Source: Marsupella aquatica (taxonomy: Eukaryota; Plantae; Marchantiophyta). From it: a DNA stretch of 64,000 nucleotides. The notes below the pieces were generated by a model that saw only the letters and a program-made list of their open reading frames with translations, was not told the origin of the DNA and did no database searches. The translations under genes were made by a program, and so were the position numbers. Position 1 is the first letter of the stretch. The number at the start of each line of letters is the position of its first letter. The stretch spans positions 14,314,861 to 14,378,860 of the forward strand of contig OZ316892.1 of NCBI GenBank assembly GCA_973895155.1, given 5' to 3'. Positions 63,301 to 64,000 of this stretch are shown here, in pieces.

Positions 63301-64000
63301 AATTGTCGTCTATGCTAAACACAATAATTCCTTGAGTGAAAGTAAGGTACACTACTAGCTATAGACATAGTATTTCTGGGGAAAGCCAGATGCACATTAT
63401 CTCATTTGAGTTGTTACATTTTGAGATGTGCTCTATTCAGTTGAAACAAATTGATTTAAACCCATAAGCATGCAAATGGGTTTAAAACGTATGTGGGGAA
63501 TTGGTTATGGTTACCTGGGTGAAAGGAGGAATGGCAAGAAACCCATAATATTTGAAAAATTAAAAATGGAACTTAAACAAAGACACGGGGTTGCTTGAGT
63601 AATTAAGGATGGGCAAGTGTAAGAAATAATTATTAAGCTATAGAGAAGCTTTGAGACAACAATGAAAACACTAAGAGAAGGAGAGAAATGCAAATTCCAG
63701 TAGTACAAAAGATACAACTTACCTAAGGCACTTTGAAAGAAAAACGCATGACAACAAATCTGAACCAACAAAAGGCAAAAGGTAAGCCCCTGCAGGGAGG
63801 CTTAGATCAAGTGTAACCTTTCCCGAAAGTTGCTATCGATGCGCCTTATCAGCAATCCTGACTGCTGGTTTGTAAGGGGCTGCTCTGCAGAACCTACCAT
63901 AGTGCCCCGCCAACTTCATGTCCATGATCTTGATTCCCATTGTAATGCAAGAGGACATGCAGATCAAGTAGAGGAAAGTATATTCACACTACCCTGTTTC

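Overview
Eukaryotic nuclear DNA from a land plant, probably a non-seed plant such as a bryophyte; this placement is inferred only from gene and repeat style. Eight protein genes are supported: the 3' part of a PXY/TDR-like LRR receptor kinase (+), a KEA4/5/6-type K+/H+ antiporter (-, 6 exons), an intronless PRMT6-like methyltransferase (+), HEN1 (-, 9 exons, one probable GC-AG intron), an AIF/FSP1-like FAD/NAD(P)H oxidoreductase (-, 4 exons), an intronless SGF29 (-), a four-exon URM1 that the ORF track misses (-), and an intronless BTB/POZ protein whose C-terminal half resembles the UBP12/13 (USP7) C-terminal Ubl domains (-). There is one tRNA-Glu(CTC) gene. Intergenic DNA holds a frameshifted CRE-like (RT + restriction-like endonuclease) retrotransposon, truncated LINE ends, Copia-like LTR relics, a MITE and many short tandem repeats. 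Three observations stand out. (1) URM1 and SGF29 lie 236 bp apart on the same strand with candidate introns in the spacer, a possible bicistronic mRNA. (2) The BTB-USP7-Ubl protein is an unusual chimera. (3) A 333-bp TRIM carries a tRNA-like Pol III cassette in each LTR. All exon models and family assignments were made by eye from splice signals and remembered protein motifs; no database was searched.
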